A stretch of 64,000 bases of DNA from Ascidiella aspersa (taxonomy: Eukaryota). The stretch covers positions 10,354,001 through 10,418,000 of the forward strand of contig OZ004612.1 in NCBI GenBank assembly GCA_963924565.1, read 5' to 3'. The notes beneath the pieces are model-generated. The model made no database searches. It saw nothing but the letters and a program-made list of their open reading frames with translations, and was not told the DNA's origin. A program made the position numbers and the translations under genes. This document shows, piece after piece, positions 1 to 15,300 of this stretch (position 1 is its first letter; each line of letters opens with the position of its first letter).

Positions 1-351
1 CATAAGCAATGAACAATTGAACTTTTGCGAAACGGTCAAGCACTATAAAAACCAAACAGCAGAAGAAAACAGAAGGAATCGTATGGTTCTTCATTTGCAG
101 ATGATGCCAAAAAAACTAGACTCATTTGCTTTCGAAATCGAAACATACGTGTCACGTGAAAATGATTATCAACGATAACTTAACACGTTTAAAATGCAAG
201 ATAATTTCCTAGTCGGTCACGTGTTTTATATTAAACAAATAACTTTGTTCCAATCAGCGCAAAGCAGCGACGAAACCTAAATGTCGACACATGTCACAAA
301 ATGCAACAGAAACTTACTATTCGCACAAAGTTACAGGCCCACCGGCTCAGG

Positions 352-3300
352 TTAAACGTGCGTTGGCAATCTGGCCGAACGCCGCAGTCGTCGACTCGCT
401 AACGCACCCACGAACGCACCAACGACGCCACATCCCAGACCGGCGAACAAGAGAAGGGACATGCTTGATTCGTGATGGTTGTCGAGTGGTTGATCGAAAT
501 TTGTGTCATCGTCGTCTTCCACGTTTGCCTCTGAAAGTGTATTCGTTGATTTCGGGCGTAATATAAGTTGTATTTTGTTTGGGCCCTTATCGTGCTTAAT
601 AGTAACATGTAAAGACCCAATTTTAGAAATTGTAAAATACTTGAAATGACATAAAATCTACTTATATGTAGTAAAAACTTTTAGCCTTGGTTGGGTGTTG
701 CGCTTTTATGTTATAGTAGGCTATCACTAATTAGGTGTAGGTTGACTCAAAGTGTTTAAATAAAATTAAAGCACATTTCTCTACTTTTGTAAGGACTTGT
801 TTCATTTATAGTGGTTTGGGAAAACATGTTTAAAATTTTTACAGCAAAAAGTTTACCAACATTTTGCGACGCCCTAATAACATCGATTAGTTGATAACAT
901 AAGCGTTACGTTATTTGTCTTTGTCTATTAAGAATTATTACCAAGGTCGTTTATCAAGATCCGGTGAACGACCTTTCCCATCTCCATGTCAAGGTCGCTT
1001 TCAACAAAGTCATTTTCGTCTTCAATTATGACGGGCCCTTGTACCACGTGACCACCACTTCGTTCGTCGTCCTCGCCAACGCTACGTTTTTCACGTGACT
1101 TGACTGAAGATGGCTAAAAATTGTTATTTTTTTAATTTTAATGTTTATCAATTATACACAGCAGAGTGTCTGGCAATGTGACCAGTCGTGTAAAGACTTG
1201 AGTAACTGTTTTTAAATAACTTAATTTGACCTAAGTATTTTGGCAAATTGACTTGAATTAAGTGTTTTCATTAAACATTTTTTAATAAAATTGTGTTATT
1301 TATCTCCACAAATGGATTGCTATGTTTTGTTATATCACTATCTTTTATTGAGGTATTGCTCATAATCGGACGATTTTACAAATTTTAATATTTTACCGTT
1401 TTATTTTTGTATCAATGACATTATTTAAAATTGTGTTGTTTTATATGACTTGACTGGGACTTGACTTGGGGAACTGTTGACAAGGACTGGTATGTGACTT
1501 GATATTTTACAAATGACTTGACTGGAACTTACGTCATTCCAAACTGTCTTGTTTACAACAATGGCTGTGACCTATCAAGAGTTGATGTCGAAACTTGTTT
1601 TGCAAGGGTCAAGGTGATTTCAAATATCATACTTTTAGTGCAAAATTTATCTAATAAATTAGGCAGTTTTAGATAAATATCACGATCATCTCCAGCCTAA
1701 TTCGGATTTTTTTTCTCCTAATGCTATGAAAATCGCCCGAGTTAAGTCTCAGCACCACTTACTGTCGAGCAATTGCGCCTGCACACGTCATCGTCGTCTG
1801 CCACGTCACAGATGATGACGTCACACTGAAAGTAGACGAAGGAAAGGGCGGCGTCGGAGAACTTGAAGGCTTCGATGGAGAAGGCTGTCAAGCCGTTTCC
1901 AGGATCGTAATACGTTACTGTGTCGTCCAAAGCGCATCTGGAATTTTTGAAAGCTCATTTAAATTACTTTTCAAAATTTGTTGGAAAAAACCAACGCTTC
2001 GCAGTTAACTAATCGCAACCTACCAATACAGATACTTTACCTTGCCCATACTGTTTGCAGAATTTGAACAGAATATTGCCATACGACTCTAATATTTTTT
2101 TAACATAGAGGTGTGTTTAGCCTGGCACGATAGTTATAAATATTAGGTATAATAGTTTAGAATGTTGTAAGCGTCTTTGTTTCATTTTCTTTTTTTTAGT
2201 ATCGGTCATGTTTATGGTGTTTTTTCAGTACGATATATTGTAGCATCTCTAGATTGTTAAAACGCCTGACTGAATCATATTCGCGCATCTAAGGTTTTTA
2301 GGGAGCATGAAAAAAAATCAGATATAATGTCACAACGTGATGTCATAACGTGACGTAACAAAGTTATCTCATAATGTCATAAAGAAATATTAAAACACTT
2401 ATCTAATCGTTTAATCTGTTTAAGTTTAAAAATAGAGAGGTGTTACTTTCCATGCAAAAGCTGTACAGTATAACAAAGTTCGAAAAAAAAAACGATATTT
2501 AATGTTTAATTATACTAAAACTTTAAATTTCGATAATGCGATTAGCCGAAGGACGCCTTTGGTCCAATCCAAATTTGTCAAAAAGAGGTGGGACATACTG
2601 AAAACGTTATTGAGACAAAAAAATGTATTTGCGTAGTTTATATAGGCCACAAATACAGCTTGGGGGGCTATGGTCACGTGCCCCCCTGGATCCACCCCTG
2701 CTCATATTGTACAGCAAAACTCGTTTCAACAAAACAACGACGTAGTAATACAAATACATTTGGTCATACCCGTCTTTAATAAACACGTATTTAAGGCTCG
2801 AATTGTCCTTCTTCGTTGGAGTTGCCTTGCACTCATCCAGCACGAGCTTCAAATAATCCATTGCATCCGATTTAAACCCGACCCCAACGAAAATCTTTTC
2901 GCGCAGACGTTTACGAAGAGGGTAATCTCCCGGTAAATAGCGTTGGTTGAATTGATCATCTGCCACAAACATTTTTATATAAACTCCTGTTCAAACTGTA
3001 AATAGACGTTATACAGAGCTTTGGTGCAACCTATTAGGGCACCAGTTCTCGACAAAAGGGGCAGTTGGAATACCTCGATAAAGGTTCATCTTGAATTCGA
3101 ACTGGCCGTCGCCGGACGCGTAGTGCTTGTTTTCTTCCATTTCCTCCCATTCCCTCTCGTTGCTGTGCTCGAAATTGAGGGCGGCCACCTCGGAGCTCGA
3201 ATTGCCCATTCGGCGCCGCAAAACCACGGTACGACGACGCTTGAAGCGGCAGGTGACGGCGTAGGAGTGGCCGATTTCCCGCATAATCACTCGCGATGGG

Positions 3301-6300
3301 TCGACGTTTGGCTTGAACACAATCTTGTTGCGATAGGTCACTGTGTCGTTCACCACCTGGGTAGAAGCAAATGTGTGGCGTTTGGTTTTATGTGCAGATC
3401 GAGCAAGGCTAAAATGTAGCCTGTGGTTGGTTTGAAACTCACCACCTCGGACATCTCAGGACCATCGTTTTACCGACTAAGCTAAACGCAGGCTCATTTG
3501 AAGCTTGTTAACAAACGAGGTATTGTCCCGATATGGCCGAGGTTGTGTTCGAAACTCATTGTGAGTTTGAAAGTCCTGGTGAATTATTCTGACAAACGAT
3601 TTACGGCATACTTACGATATAAACCAGTGCTGTACGGAAAGGCTGTTAACGAAATCAGTTGGCCTAATTAGGATTGCAGTGCGACCAAGGTACGGCTAAA
3701 AATCGAAACTCACAGTGAGTTTAGGGGCAACTGATTTCTGTAAACCTTTTGGTTTATAATTAACTGATTTCTGTAAAAGTCTTCTGGTATATATTTATGA
3801 GTATGTCGTAATCGTTCGTCAGTTCTACTGCACCACAAGAAGATAACAGTATTTACCCATGCGTATACCATGGCCCTGTTGCTAATTTCATGCCCTTTTT
3901 CGATGATATTTTGCTGTGATGTGACAATTGCTAAAAGTACATACTATTTTTGTCTATTACTTACCCAAAGTGCCATAATTTAGCAAGCTGACAAAATCCA
4001 AGAAAAAAAATTGCACAGCAAGCGTGTCAAATCTAAGCATAACAGTTCCCTATACAAAACACATTACACTCTATTCGCCCTAAAAACATACGAATATTCT
4101 CCAAAATCCAACTAAGTTTTTTTTGTTGTTTTTTACTAAATAAAAGAAAGTAAAGAAAGTAAAGTAAAATATGTGGTGAATGTGTAGTGGCGTATTATCC
4201 CATTGGCCAAACTGGAGGCCGGAAATGTCTGATAGGTCAGTAATTGTTCAGACTCAGTCCTCAGGACAACCGGTCTCCCATAAGGAGACGGTGTCGCCAC
4301 TTGGAGGTAGGGCCAGAGTTATAACTGCGCATCAGAAGGTCAACATTTTTACCTTTTTGTTTATAGCGCAAGTGTTAAAAGCAGTGTAAATAGTAATAAG
4401 TTTAGTGTTTTACTGTCCCAAAGAACCCGGTGTTACCCAGAAAACAAAAACGGCTGGATACTACCCTTAACTCCTTAAGGGATCCGGTTAAAGACCCCCT
4501 TCAGATTAGTAAAAACCAACTAAGTTCTTGATGACGTCACCGACCTTCGATGACGTATTGCACGCGTTCAGCGCCGTCACGAAGATAACGTGCGTGTCGT
4601 TAAAGCTGGGCGTGCAGGCCGGGTCCGACCCGATCGTCATGCGTTGCTCGATGGCGCGTGACGTCATGCCCGGCTCGCGGGGAATCACCGCGGTCAGGCG
4701 GTGTCGGTCGCACGTGACCCGTGAGCAGCTTTGGAGCTCGCAAGCGCGCTGTTCCTGTTCCTCCTGGGTATTGTTCACACACCTTCGGCTGCATCTGAGC
4801 GGGACATCGGTTTAACTCAGTGCTTCCCAACCAGTTGGAAGCTATTTCAGGTGAGCCGTTAAGCATTTCTAAATATTACAGTTTTCTACTAGATCGGGAA
4901 ATTATTGCATTATCATTGGATGTGTTTTGTTGCATTAATTATTATTTAAGTACATAGGTCAGTATAGTAAAGATACAAGTTTTGTGTAACAGTTAACCTC
5001 ATTTAGGCAAGATATGCCCTTATATATATATAACATACATTATAGTGCGGTGGGACCAATGGGTGAGATGTGTGGTGCTTCAAAAGGGCGTTTAAAACTG
5101 GTTATCGGAAGCTTTGTGCATTTATGATACAACTGTGCTCAACTTTAAAATAATGAAGATATTTAGAACTTCGATATTCCATTTACCATAGGCGAACAAC
5201 GACCTAAAACATTGCAACATACATTGAAATTAGGTGAAAAAATGTGGGTCATTCCGATTTGTGCTGTGGTTCACAGAAGTGTTTAACTTGAAACTTGTAC
5301 CATACCATAACATTAGCAGCAGCAAACGACCTGGTCAGTTTAACAACGTATGGAACATCCTTTCCTTATTTTCCTCTTTCCATAGGTGTAAAACGGTACA
5401 AATATGATAATACTTCTGCAGAAATACTAACTTGAACTTACACATACAAACATTTTACAAAATACTAAACAGTAACCTTGTAAATACCGACATTGCCACT
5501 ATGTTGGCCAAATATAAAACCAATTGTGCACAGCGTTTCGGCACTTTTAGTCCGTCGGCCGGTTAGCTCAGTTGGTTAGAGCGTCGTGCTAATAACGCGA
5601 ATGTCGCGGGTTCGATCCCCGTACTGGCCACACTGCCTTGATAGCTCAGTCGGGAGAGCGTTAGACTGAAGATCTAAAGGTCCCTGGTTCAATCCCGGGT
5701 CGAGGCAAAATTTTGACACATTACTAAAAATAAGCCTAAATTTGCTAAAAATTCATTGCGTTCAGTTATTTACAAGAAATATTTGGTATGTGTTCGTCTT
5801 ACAAAATAAGACTTGTTGGTTTTCATTTGGAAAGCAGCAAAACAGCAAAATAACACCAAAAATAAAAAAATAACACTTAAGATGCAGAATAACGTACCAC
5901 GCTTAATTGTGATATTATAATTAACACATTAAAGCAATAATAAATGAAAACAAAAAACAACGGCGAAAACCAAACATTAATTTGTGTAGCCTATATAGGC
6001 ACCACATTGGAAGGGTAGTATAAGCTCAGGGAGATGTTTATGCAGCCTAAAATGCAGCCTATCTACTGAAATCCGAAAGCTACACTGATAGGGCGTTTGA
6101 AGACTTTTTTAGATGGACGCATTTCACGAAGACTTTTCACGAGGGTGGGAACCTTAAACTTTGCAATCTGGCCTGAATCTTCACGTTGCTGAGATTTAAA
6201 TCGCAGTATACTTTAATAAACGACCAACAGAGTATAAGTGCTTCCCGCATTTAAAAACAATATAGGTTGCCCTTGCATAATTATAGTATTTTAAGTGTGT

Positions 6301-9300
6301 ACAAACAGCATGCAGCAAACACAGGCATACCCAAGTGCGTTTTTGTACAGCTTGCACCTGTCCGGGTCTTTGGTAAACGACATATCGCACATGCGTTTTC
6401 GGGACTGCTGACCACCGCCGCACGTGGCGCTACAGCGCGACCATGCCCCCCATGTAGACCACACCTCCATGCATGACGTTTCGTCATCCTGTGACGCACA
6501 ATAAAGAAAGGGTTTAGTAGGGGACAGGGCGGACCCTCAGGATTTTGTTTGTCAGGGACATGACACATTTCCAGCTATGACGTAACACTTTTACGTTATA
6601 ACGTGACGTCATATTAAGATAAATCTTAAAAAACCTGTGCAAACACGTGCGCTATATTTGGTTTAAATTGACAAAACGTATTTAAAGGATACATGATATG
6701 ACGCATTTGACAAAAAATTATATTTATGAAAAAAGCTTTTTTTCAGTCTATAAGTTCGCATTGCACAACGTGCCATAGTTAGCAGGGAATCTTTAAAGTA
6801 AATAGATAGGTCCTAAACGGACAAAAAAACACTGAAAACGAAAAAAATGATTTTTAATAAAACAAAATATAGTTTTTAGGAGACATGGCCTGAAAAGCGC
6901 GTAGGCCTAGGCGTCGAAAAAAGCGCACTTATGAATATAGTTGAGGACACTCCAGCAAACAATCAATAATATCATGGATGACCCTCTTAGGTTACTTTCT
7001 ATTTTTACTCATTTTTCGATTGACTTTTTATGATACATGACAAAACTAAATTTTTAGCTAAATAAGGCGTCCGGTAGGTCTTTTTTCCGAACTTCGATTT
7101 TTGGACAATACCGAAAAGCAAAATTAAGCCTATATTCGGCTAAGTTAAACAGCAACAGCAATCTACCACGCTATTGCTGCGAAATGCAGGCACCACTTAA
7201 CATCATAGCAAAAAAATACTTAATAAAGCTGCCTCAATCAACAAACATTTTTGGTTACTTAACTATCTTTTCCAAACCGGCTAGTCTTATATGAGCGACA
7301 ATATTACCAGTAACGCAGAACCAAAATTCTTTGTCCGAGGTCACTTAGCACAGTGTTTCTTAAACTGGTAAATTCTTTTTTGCAATGGTAAACCACTTGA
7401 GATAGGTGAATAGTTTATTTTGTGTATTGATATTTGTACCTATTTATATATTTGCTCAAGTCTGACAAACATCATTTTTGCTGACTATGCCAAAATGGAT
7501 TCTACTATGCCAAATGGATTCCAACAACCGGGCTAACCCCACTGGGGTCTTGCAACTACTGGTGCTTATGAAACCTAGTAGGCTACATGTGTTGTAGCCT
7601 ATAGTTATTAAGGTCGTGTATGTAATAATAACGTTTTATGGTAGGGATGAACAAAACTGAAAAAAGAACCCCTGACTTAGCATACAAAAATACACTGTAT
7701 TAATTGATTCGAAAGTGTTGTACTTACCCCCAGTTTACAGTCGAACCGTCGGTCGCAAAGCCATCCATTGCTGATGCACTGCAGCCGCGGCAAAACCACG
7801 CTGGTCGTAGTATTTCCGCGGTCACAGCCGTAGAAATCCTTCGGGCATGTCACTGAAAGAGTTTAATCAAAGTGTGACAACTGACAACTTACGTTTAAAT
7901 GTTAAGACGGACCTTGCCGTAGAAGGCTGCCTGGATAAGGTATAAGAAAACTAATAGGGACTTTATTCGGAATTTAAATTCATTCTTCATACAATGCTTA
8001 AAATTTACCCCATAGCATTCAAACTAGATCGCACACTACACAGAATTGATAAGAATATAATAAATACAGCATTATGTTAAAAACATTTCGGGTTAAGTGC
8101 TAATGTTTTGTATTGCAAAACTGTAGTTACTAGTGTTGAACTTTTTAAGTCGTAGTTGTAAATCAGAGGGATTCAGTTTTAAAACACTGCTTCGGCAAAA
8201 CAACAACCCTTTACAAAACTATTTCCACGTCTGGCAAATGATTCATTGCTATCGATTGCTACCAGACTGGCAGCGAAAGAAACTAGACAACTTTTCGACG
8301 GTTTACGCCCGTCGGCCGGTTAGCTCAGTTGGTTAGAGCGTCGTGCTAATAACGCGAATGTCGCGGGTTCGATCCCCGTACTGGCCACACTGCCTTGATA
8401 GCTCAGTCGGGAGAGCGTTAGACTGAAGATCTAAAGGTCCCTGGTTCAATCCCGGGTCGAGGCACATTTTTGTGAAAAACACAAACTGTTAAAATGTAAA
8501 AAAAACACGCTTTTAAATGATTTTTTGGCTTCTTCTGGCTTAGTAAGGTGACCATTTTTTATTGTCGCAAAAACTTTTTGTAATTTTGGAAAAGAGAGTG
8601 TTTGTATTCCAAATAGGCACTAAGGCACATCCGCAAGCATTTTAGGATTAAATACGCATTATCCATGACAAATGAATAGTTTTGAGACATTTACATATCG
8701 TTTGTCGTTTGCTAAGGGCGATTAAATTACTCTATCGTGTTTCTGTTAAAAGTGTGCCGCGAAATAGTTGAGATTTTTTTAGTGTGCCGCGAGCCAAAAA
8801 GTTTGGGAACCACCGGTTTAGGGCATCCACGAAAAGGGGGCACCAAAAATATTTATTGTCGGATTAACATTGTAGTTGTTCTATACCCTAATCATTTTTA
8901 AGATATCGTATTTAGGAAAAATAAGCGCAAATTCCTAATATAAATACATATTTTTGGAATATAATATTTAGGCTATAGTTGTTGTATTTTAGTTTAATTT
9001 TTTTTTGCCTTTACTTATTTGTTATTTTAAAATTACAGATATATTAAGTGTACCGCAATCTTGTAACATGCCTATTAGTACGAGTACTTCCAACGTCCAA
9101 CATTTTGTTGCCATGAAACAAATCGGATGTCGATTTCTCAACAAGTGCTCAAAAGCACGATTAAGATAACTTAAAAAAACACTTACGCTTGCAATCGCCC
9201 TTGTCCGCGCATATGCAGAACAAGCCGTCCACCTTCCCCTGTTCCAGGCACAAATCCGCATAAGGGCAGTCTCGCCGCTTGCAGTTGAGGGAATTCCCGG

Positions 9301-12300
9301 AGGTGACCCGATGCTCGTAGACCTGCAGCCCCAATCGCGTGGGGTCCCGTGACCCGTCGGGGTCCCCGCTCATTTGGGGTAAGCTACTTAGGGGGTCGAA
9401 CACCTCGCAGTCCAGCAGCACCGTGTATAGTGCGTAGTACGGACTGCGTGGAACAGATTTTGGATTATATGCTTGCTTTTATTTTGGATGTAACGCTCAA
9501 TAGGTGAGTGTAGGGTCCCTTCAACGCACCACTACTTTTTCAGTTTGTCGTTATAGTAAAAACATTGTTGTTGACAGGGTATTTTAAAATGACTTTAAGT
9601 GAAGTTTGTAAAATAAGTTTAGTTTATTTTTAAAGTGCATCGACTTTTAAAATGCAAATGTTTAGATTCTAAATCAGTGGTTCTCAGACTTTTCTGATCG
9701 TGTTCCAACCTATTAGTGGATTATTACTGTTACTGCCCACCACCTTTGTCTAAATCAACTTGCGTTTACGAAATAATAAAAAAATAATTTTAAACCTCGA
9801 ACCCAGTGTTACAGATTTTAGATAAATGGCCGCGATTTTATGGCACTTGCGTTAACCCACTAAACTCGATATTAGACTTGAAAGCATCTCGTGCGACATA
9901 GAAAGCCATATATTAAATATAGTGGCACGCCTACTACAGGTTGCGAACAACTGCTATAAAGTTTTGCAATGGGTAACATTCAAATAAAAAACACACAAAA
10001 GCAAACTACCAGCATAGATTGAGACAAATCAGAAAACATGTAGGCTAATGAATCTAAAAGCCAAAAAAGTATGATATAATTTGATAATGAATCAAGTACG
10101 AATCGAAATGTCTCTATCAAGATGATGTCGATTTACTTGCTTTGATAATCATTATCAAGCTACATTGCAGATCTGGGCACAGTGTATCTATAATTTAATC
10201 TTAAAACAACAAATAGGCCTCCGTTAGTCAATCCATCCTGGTCATTTGCTTCGGATTTGCGAACGAATAACTCGTCATGCAACCATTAATAAAAACGTGA
10301 AATACCCAGCACTTTTTCTCGAGCACTATTTACTGTGGCCTACAAAACAAGTCATACTTAGATTTGGTCACAACCGCCCCTCGCCGCACCAGTAATGCTT
10401 CGTGCTGATAAACGAAGCTCTTGCCGACCACGCTCCTCGTAACCACTTGGGGGCAGTCGAGTGTAACTCGGTAGATAAGGCTTGTGGAGTAGTCCGTGAT
10501 TTCGACACATTTAGTGCCGTTCACGCGGACCTGCGGAATATTCATGTTAAGACTAACCGGACATAAGAAAAACTAAGGTCCAAGATTATTTGTAAGCAAA
10601 TTGCGGCTCTTACAAAGTTATCTACGTAGATATTCGGGATACATCGTGCATTACAAAAATGTGACGTCGTTACTACCACTATAAACGTGACGTAATCGCC
10701 AGCCAGTGCGCCCTTTTAACAGTCTGTTCCATTTGTTGTTGCACCGTGTACGATATTTCCGGGTTGGAGCTTTAGTGACTTGTTGCAACTACAAGTCGAG
10801 CAAATGTTGCTCCGACGCATAATTAACTCTGATTTTGTCCTCACAGCACAACGTTAAACGTCGATGATACCAGTCAAAATCAGTCGACCTCCAAGCCACG
10901 GATTTACGAGCAAACAAGGCATGGGCTGCAAATTAGGCGGGCTTGCTGTGGGACATAGCTAATGACTTCAGCCATGCCGACCGAATGACGTGGTTTATTG
11001 CAATTACAAGATAAGAGAACGACCAAGTAATTATATAGGCATTTACTTATGGCAAATCGAGTGCTCGGCGTCAAGTTTAAAACGAGTACAATTCATAAAT
11101 ATTCTTTCACTTTAATTCGTCGGTTGAGACAAGCATCCGTAACCTATTTTTCGTTAAGAACAATGTAAATGTAGTCATTGACCAGCTGTTGGAATTTGTG
11201 TCGGCAATTTTATGATTATAGGAAAATAATTACAAGTATGTTCGTAGATGGGAAATATTGTATAAATGTTTTTTATGTAGAGCAATATTAAATTTAAATT
11301 ACCGCAACAACACGTGTATTGTGTTCCAAGAGTAAAATGAATAAAATAATTCTGTATACAAAACTTTGCATTACAAAGGTCTACAAATTAGGTGTAAAAC
11401 GGTTTTGATACTCTATGCGTATTGCGTAATAGCGTTGGCCTCCGTCGCGTCAAAATACAACTAAATTTGCCCATGCGGTTTAGGTGTCTGGCCTCTTTGC
11501 GATTTCATATTCCGCGTAAATCCCTGTAACATTGTAGAAAATAAACTTTAATGCGCGCGTTTAGACAAGAGATCAACGGCAAGTTTTGCGTGAAATTTAC
11601 AGAGACGATCCTGAATGTGCGCATTGTGCGTGTATAACATTTCATTTTGGAGCAATTTTGAGGCTGCAGCTTTTGTTTATTCGGGCCTGATGCCTTACGG
11701 CGTGAAACCGTTTCCAACGAGACGGAACTGATTCGGCGATGGGCCGAGGCGATTAGAGCGAAAATGTCGAGCTGCTTGTCACTTTGAAACCACCGCGAAT
11801 GCAAAACCTGACTGATGGGCACTGACGATAAGCTTTAGGGCTTATGTGTAACACGAGATGGCTGCATTTTGTTTAGGTATTGAGATGGCGTTTGTTTAGT
11901 TTTGTTTATCGGCAATCAGCAGGAAATCTGAGGACTCTCTCTTTCCTCTTGCACCCGCACAATTTACGGTTTGTTTTGCAATCCGCGTGTGCAATCTGGA
12001 AACACATGAAATCTTTATCTTTCGCGGATTAGACATTTTCTAACAATGTACGATTGTTTTGTTAACAGATATTACCAAACCGTGAAACAAAAGGACTTTT
12101 ATCAGGAGATGTATTTTATGCCAACTGAACGTTTTTAACGGCGAGCCAACAACCCAATTTTGCAGCTTACGGCCATCTAAATGTACCATTCCCTTTATAT
12201 TCCATCGACATGTCTGAGTTATCCCTTACGATGGCTGCAGACATTGAATATTTCTTACAATACGGCACTGAGAAAATTCAACCTAAAAATGGGTCTTTTT

Positions 12301-15300
12301 TTATTGACACCCTATTTTATGCGGAACACCATACGAGACAGGTTTATACAGTAAGAACTGATCCAACGATAACAAAACTTGTATTTTTTTATATTTATTC
12401 TACATGGGTATAATCATGCAGATACATACTATCTCATAATGAGTTCGAAAATAAGTCGAAACATAATTGTGTATTGTTAGCAGCCGCTAATCGCCTGAAA
12501 GATAAGTTTGTTTAAAAAAAAATTGTTTGGAAATATTCTTACAGTTGTACCGGGATTATTGTGGTAAATATGCCTGTTAAGTAAGAAAACAGTAACACAG
12601 CGGCACACCTATTATGGTCTCGCGGTACACCAGTGTGTTTTCAGGTTTGCTGGTTGCTTCTCACTGGCATGAAGTGTGTCGATTGTAGCAAGATTGATAG
12701 CCATTGTAGATTTTGACCAGAAAGTAATATATTTTGACAAAATTTGACTTGTTAAAAATACATTACATCAAATAACCCATTGTTGTTCGAAGTACTGCAT
12801 TAGTGTTTTGGCGACGTCAAACACACATTTTCTATACTGTATATTGCCCTAGTGACGATAAAAGACAGTTAAAATGGCGTTAAATATAAATTAAAACTAT
12901 TTTTTTTGATGAAATTGAACAACAAATTCGACAATCTTGAAAAGCTGACAATAGTTTTTTTTTTAATTTTGTAAACGATTTATGTGCATTTTTATTTGAT
13001 TTTGAATTTTGACCTAACGTGTAGATTTTGACAAAATTTTAACTTTTTTTGACAAGGCAAAAAATAGTCGCCAAAGTAATAATATATCAAAAAGGCTCAG
13101 CACAGAAACTCATACCAAAGTAATATTTACTTACAACCACCCAGAGCGGATTCGGGCGCTAATCTATATCAATCGGACGAAACCGTCTCGGTAAGTTGCA
13201 CATAACGATGCATATTTTAGTTACTCAGAGTCGGAGTTGTCTCTAAATTTTGATGGAGCTGGATTGAGCGGCTTTGTCTCCTTAAATAATGGGCCCATTG
13301 CCAGCAGGATATTTACGGCGTAGAATTTGTTTTGTACCACCTGAGTGCACTTTAAAACTTTTACAGCTTTGTTTTGCCATTTCAATATAGTGTGTTTTAT
13401 TGAGAAGAAAATAATAAAATCGTCCATGTTAAAGGCATCTGTATTTCAAGTTCTTCAAATTACTCCTAGCTAAATGTTTTTTTTTTTTTTTTCATGCTTA
13501 AATTTTCTTAACTTATAAAACAAATTTCAGTATCAGCTTACCGCCATTAAGCACTTGTTTATAACTTTGATTTACTCTATCTTTATCATCTTATTAGTCA
13601 TTACATGATTATTATTAAGAATTAAAAAAAAAATAACGTTTCGGAACACGCATGGAGAGTTTTATTTATGTGTTTTGTCCTGATATGGCGTATAACATTT
13701 TAACTCCGCCACCCACTGGGCGTTTTGTAATCCCAGTTACATTGCAAAGTTTCATTGCGGCACTATCGTGACCTACAGACCGAAATACCGCTAACGAAAA
13801 ACACATCTTGTGAGGCGACGTCTCTAAAAATATCAGTCGTTGGTAAACCCTTTCATGAGCATATGGCACTTTTTACGTTATCCACTGTAATTCCGTACGA
13901 CCTTCGACTTCGACTCAGTTTCCGCGAGTCATTTTCCCCAGTGGAATACGCGTCATCGTTACAGAGCACCCGAAGAAAACACATGTTAAGGTAGCGGGCC
14001 GAGCACCAGCGGAACAAGTACCGAAATAGAAGCGCCTGCTGTCGGGTGACGCTTTCAATATGTTATTTTAACGTAGCGCAGAGAATGATACACGGACTGT
14101 AAGCGAGATATATACGCTTAACAGGTTTAAAAGGAGACGCACCGGCCCTGACGGCAACCTCGGGGATTTGTTGCAGACGTATATGAATATTAATGTCGTT
14201 ACTTTATTCGAAAACGTCTCCGTGAAATTCAATCTCGAATACTCAAGCTATCGTTAAAAAGTCATATCCGCTGGTGCCGTATCAAACTTTACGTCATCAT
14301 ATCGAGGCAATCTCTACTAATCTTAAAAAATCGGTTGTGAGTATGAATTACAAACAGATTACATAATATATTAAATTCTAAAATAACCACACCTTCTTAG
14401 GTTATAGTTTGGAACTTTATTCTTGTATTTCGTTTACAAGAAAATCCAAGGCATGTCAACCCTATAAAAGGGGCGCGAGTGTCATTTTTATTTTCATCAA
14501 CTCTTGGCCTCTTTTACAGATAAACGAGTTAGTTTAGCAATGAGAGTAAATAATATTGGACTCTTTGCGCAAACTCGACCACATTGAAAGCGTTGAAGTT
14601 TACTTGCGCAGAATTTCAAGGCCGTCGGTACATTGACGTTCGCCTTGCCGATGCCACCGGGTGCCAATTCAAATACCCCACTTGGATAAGTGTCAGATCC
14701 AGTTGATCTGCGCTGGTGTGCATGACGGGCGTCTTTTTCGCGCTTGTCTCTAAACCCGATTGAATATAATTGTATTCCGTATTGTGATGTCGGCTTTGTT
14801 TAAGCCATGAACAGTATATTCGAGCCGCGTAATCCGAACTACGTGCGCCTTTGGTGGTCATATTATACACTAGGTTAAAACCTTAAATACAAAACCCCAT
14901 TGAATAAGTATATCGAGAATCACACAATATCATCTGTAAATACTTGTGGTAGCTGAAGACCTTTTGTCAGGGACTCGAATAACAAAAGCTTGCCTCATAA
15001 AATGTTGAAGTATTGTAAAACATTTTTGCGAACATAATTTCCAAGTGATTAGATGGGATTTAGCAATAAGTATAAAGAAACTCATCGGAGCACCCAATAT
15101 GTAAATAAATGTCCTGCCGAAATGTGGACTTTAATGCCTCGGAACTCAACGTTAAAATACATGGATTTTTTATTTGCTGCCGGCAACAGTGATTATAAAA
15201 TGCTTAGAATAAGCAGAGAATAAAGTCAATGAAAGATTAGTGGCATCCAACTAGAAACATTGAAATACGAAAATCAAAATATTTCTACCATACGGTTTTG

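Noticed and set aside
3705-3740. CACAGTG in a palindrome as an RSS/Transib end
   Set aside because: No nonamer at 12 or 23 spacing and no partner terminus.
6470-6500. Stem-GAAACGTC on the minus strand
   Set aside because: No CUGANGA upstream; only half a motif.
11822-11850. CTGACGA followed by a hairpin
   Set aside because: GAAA box missing.
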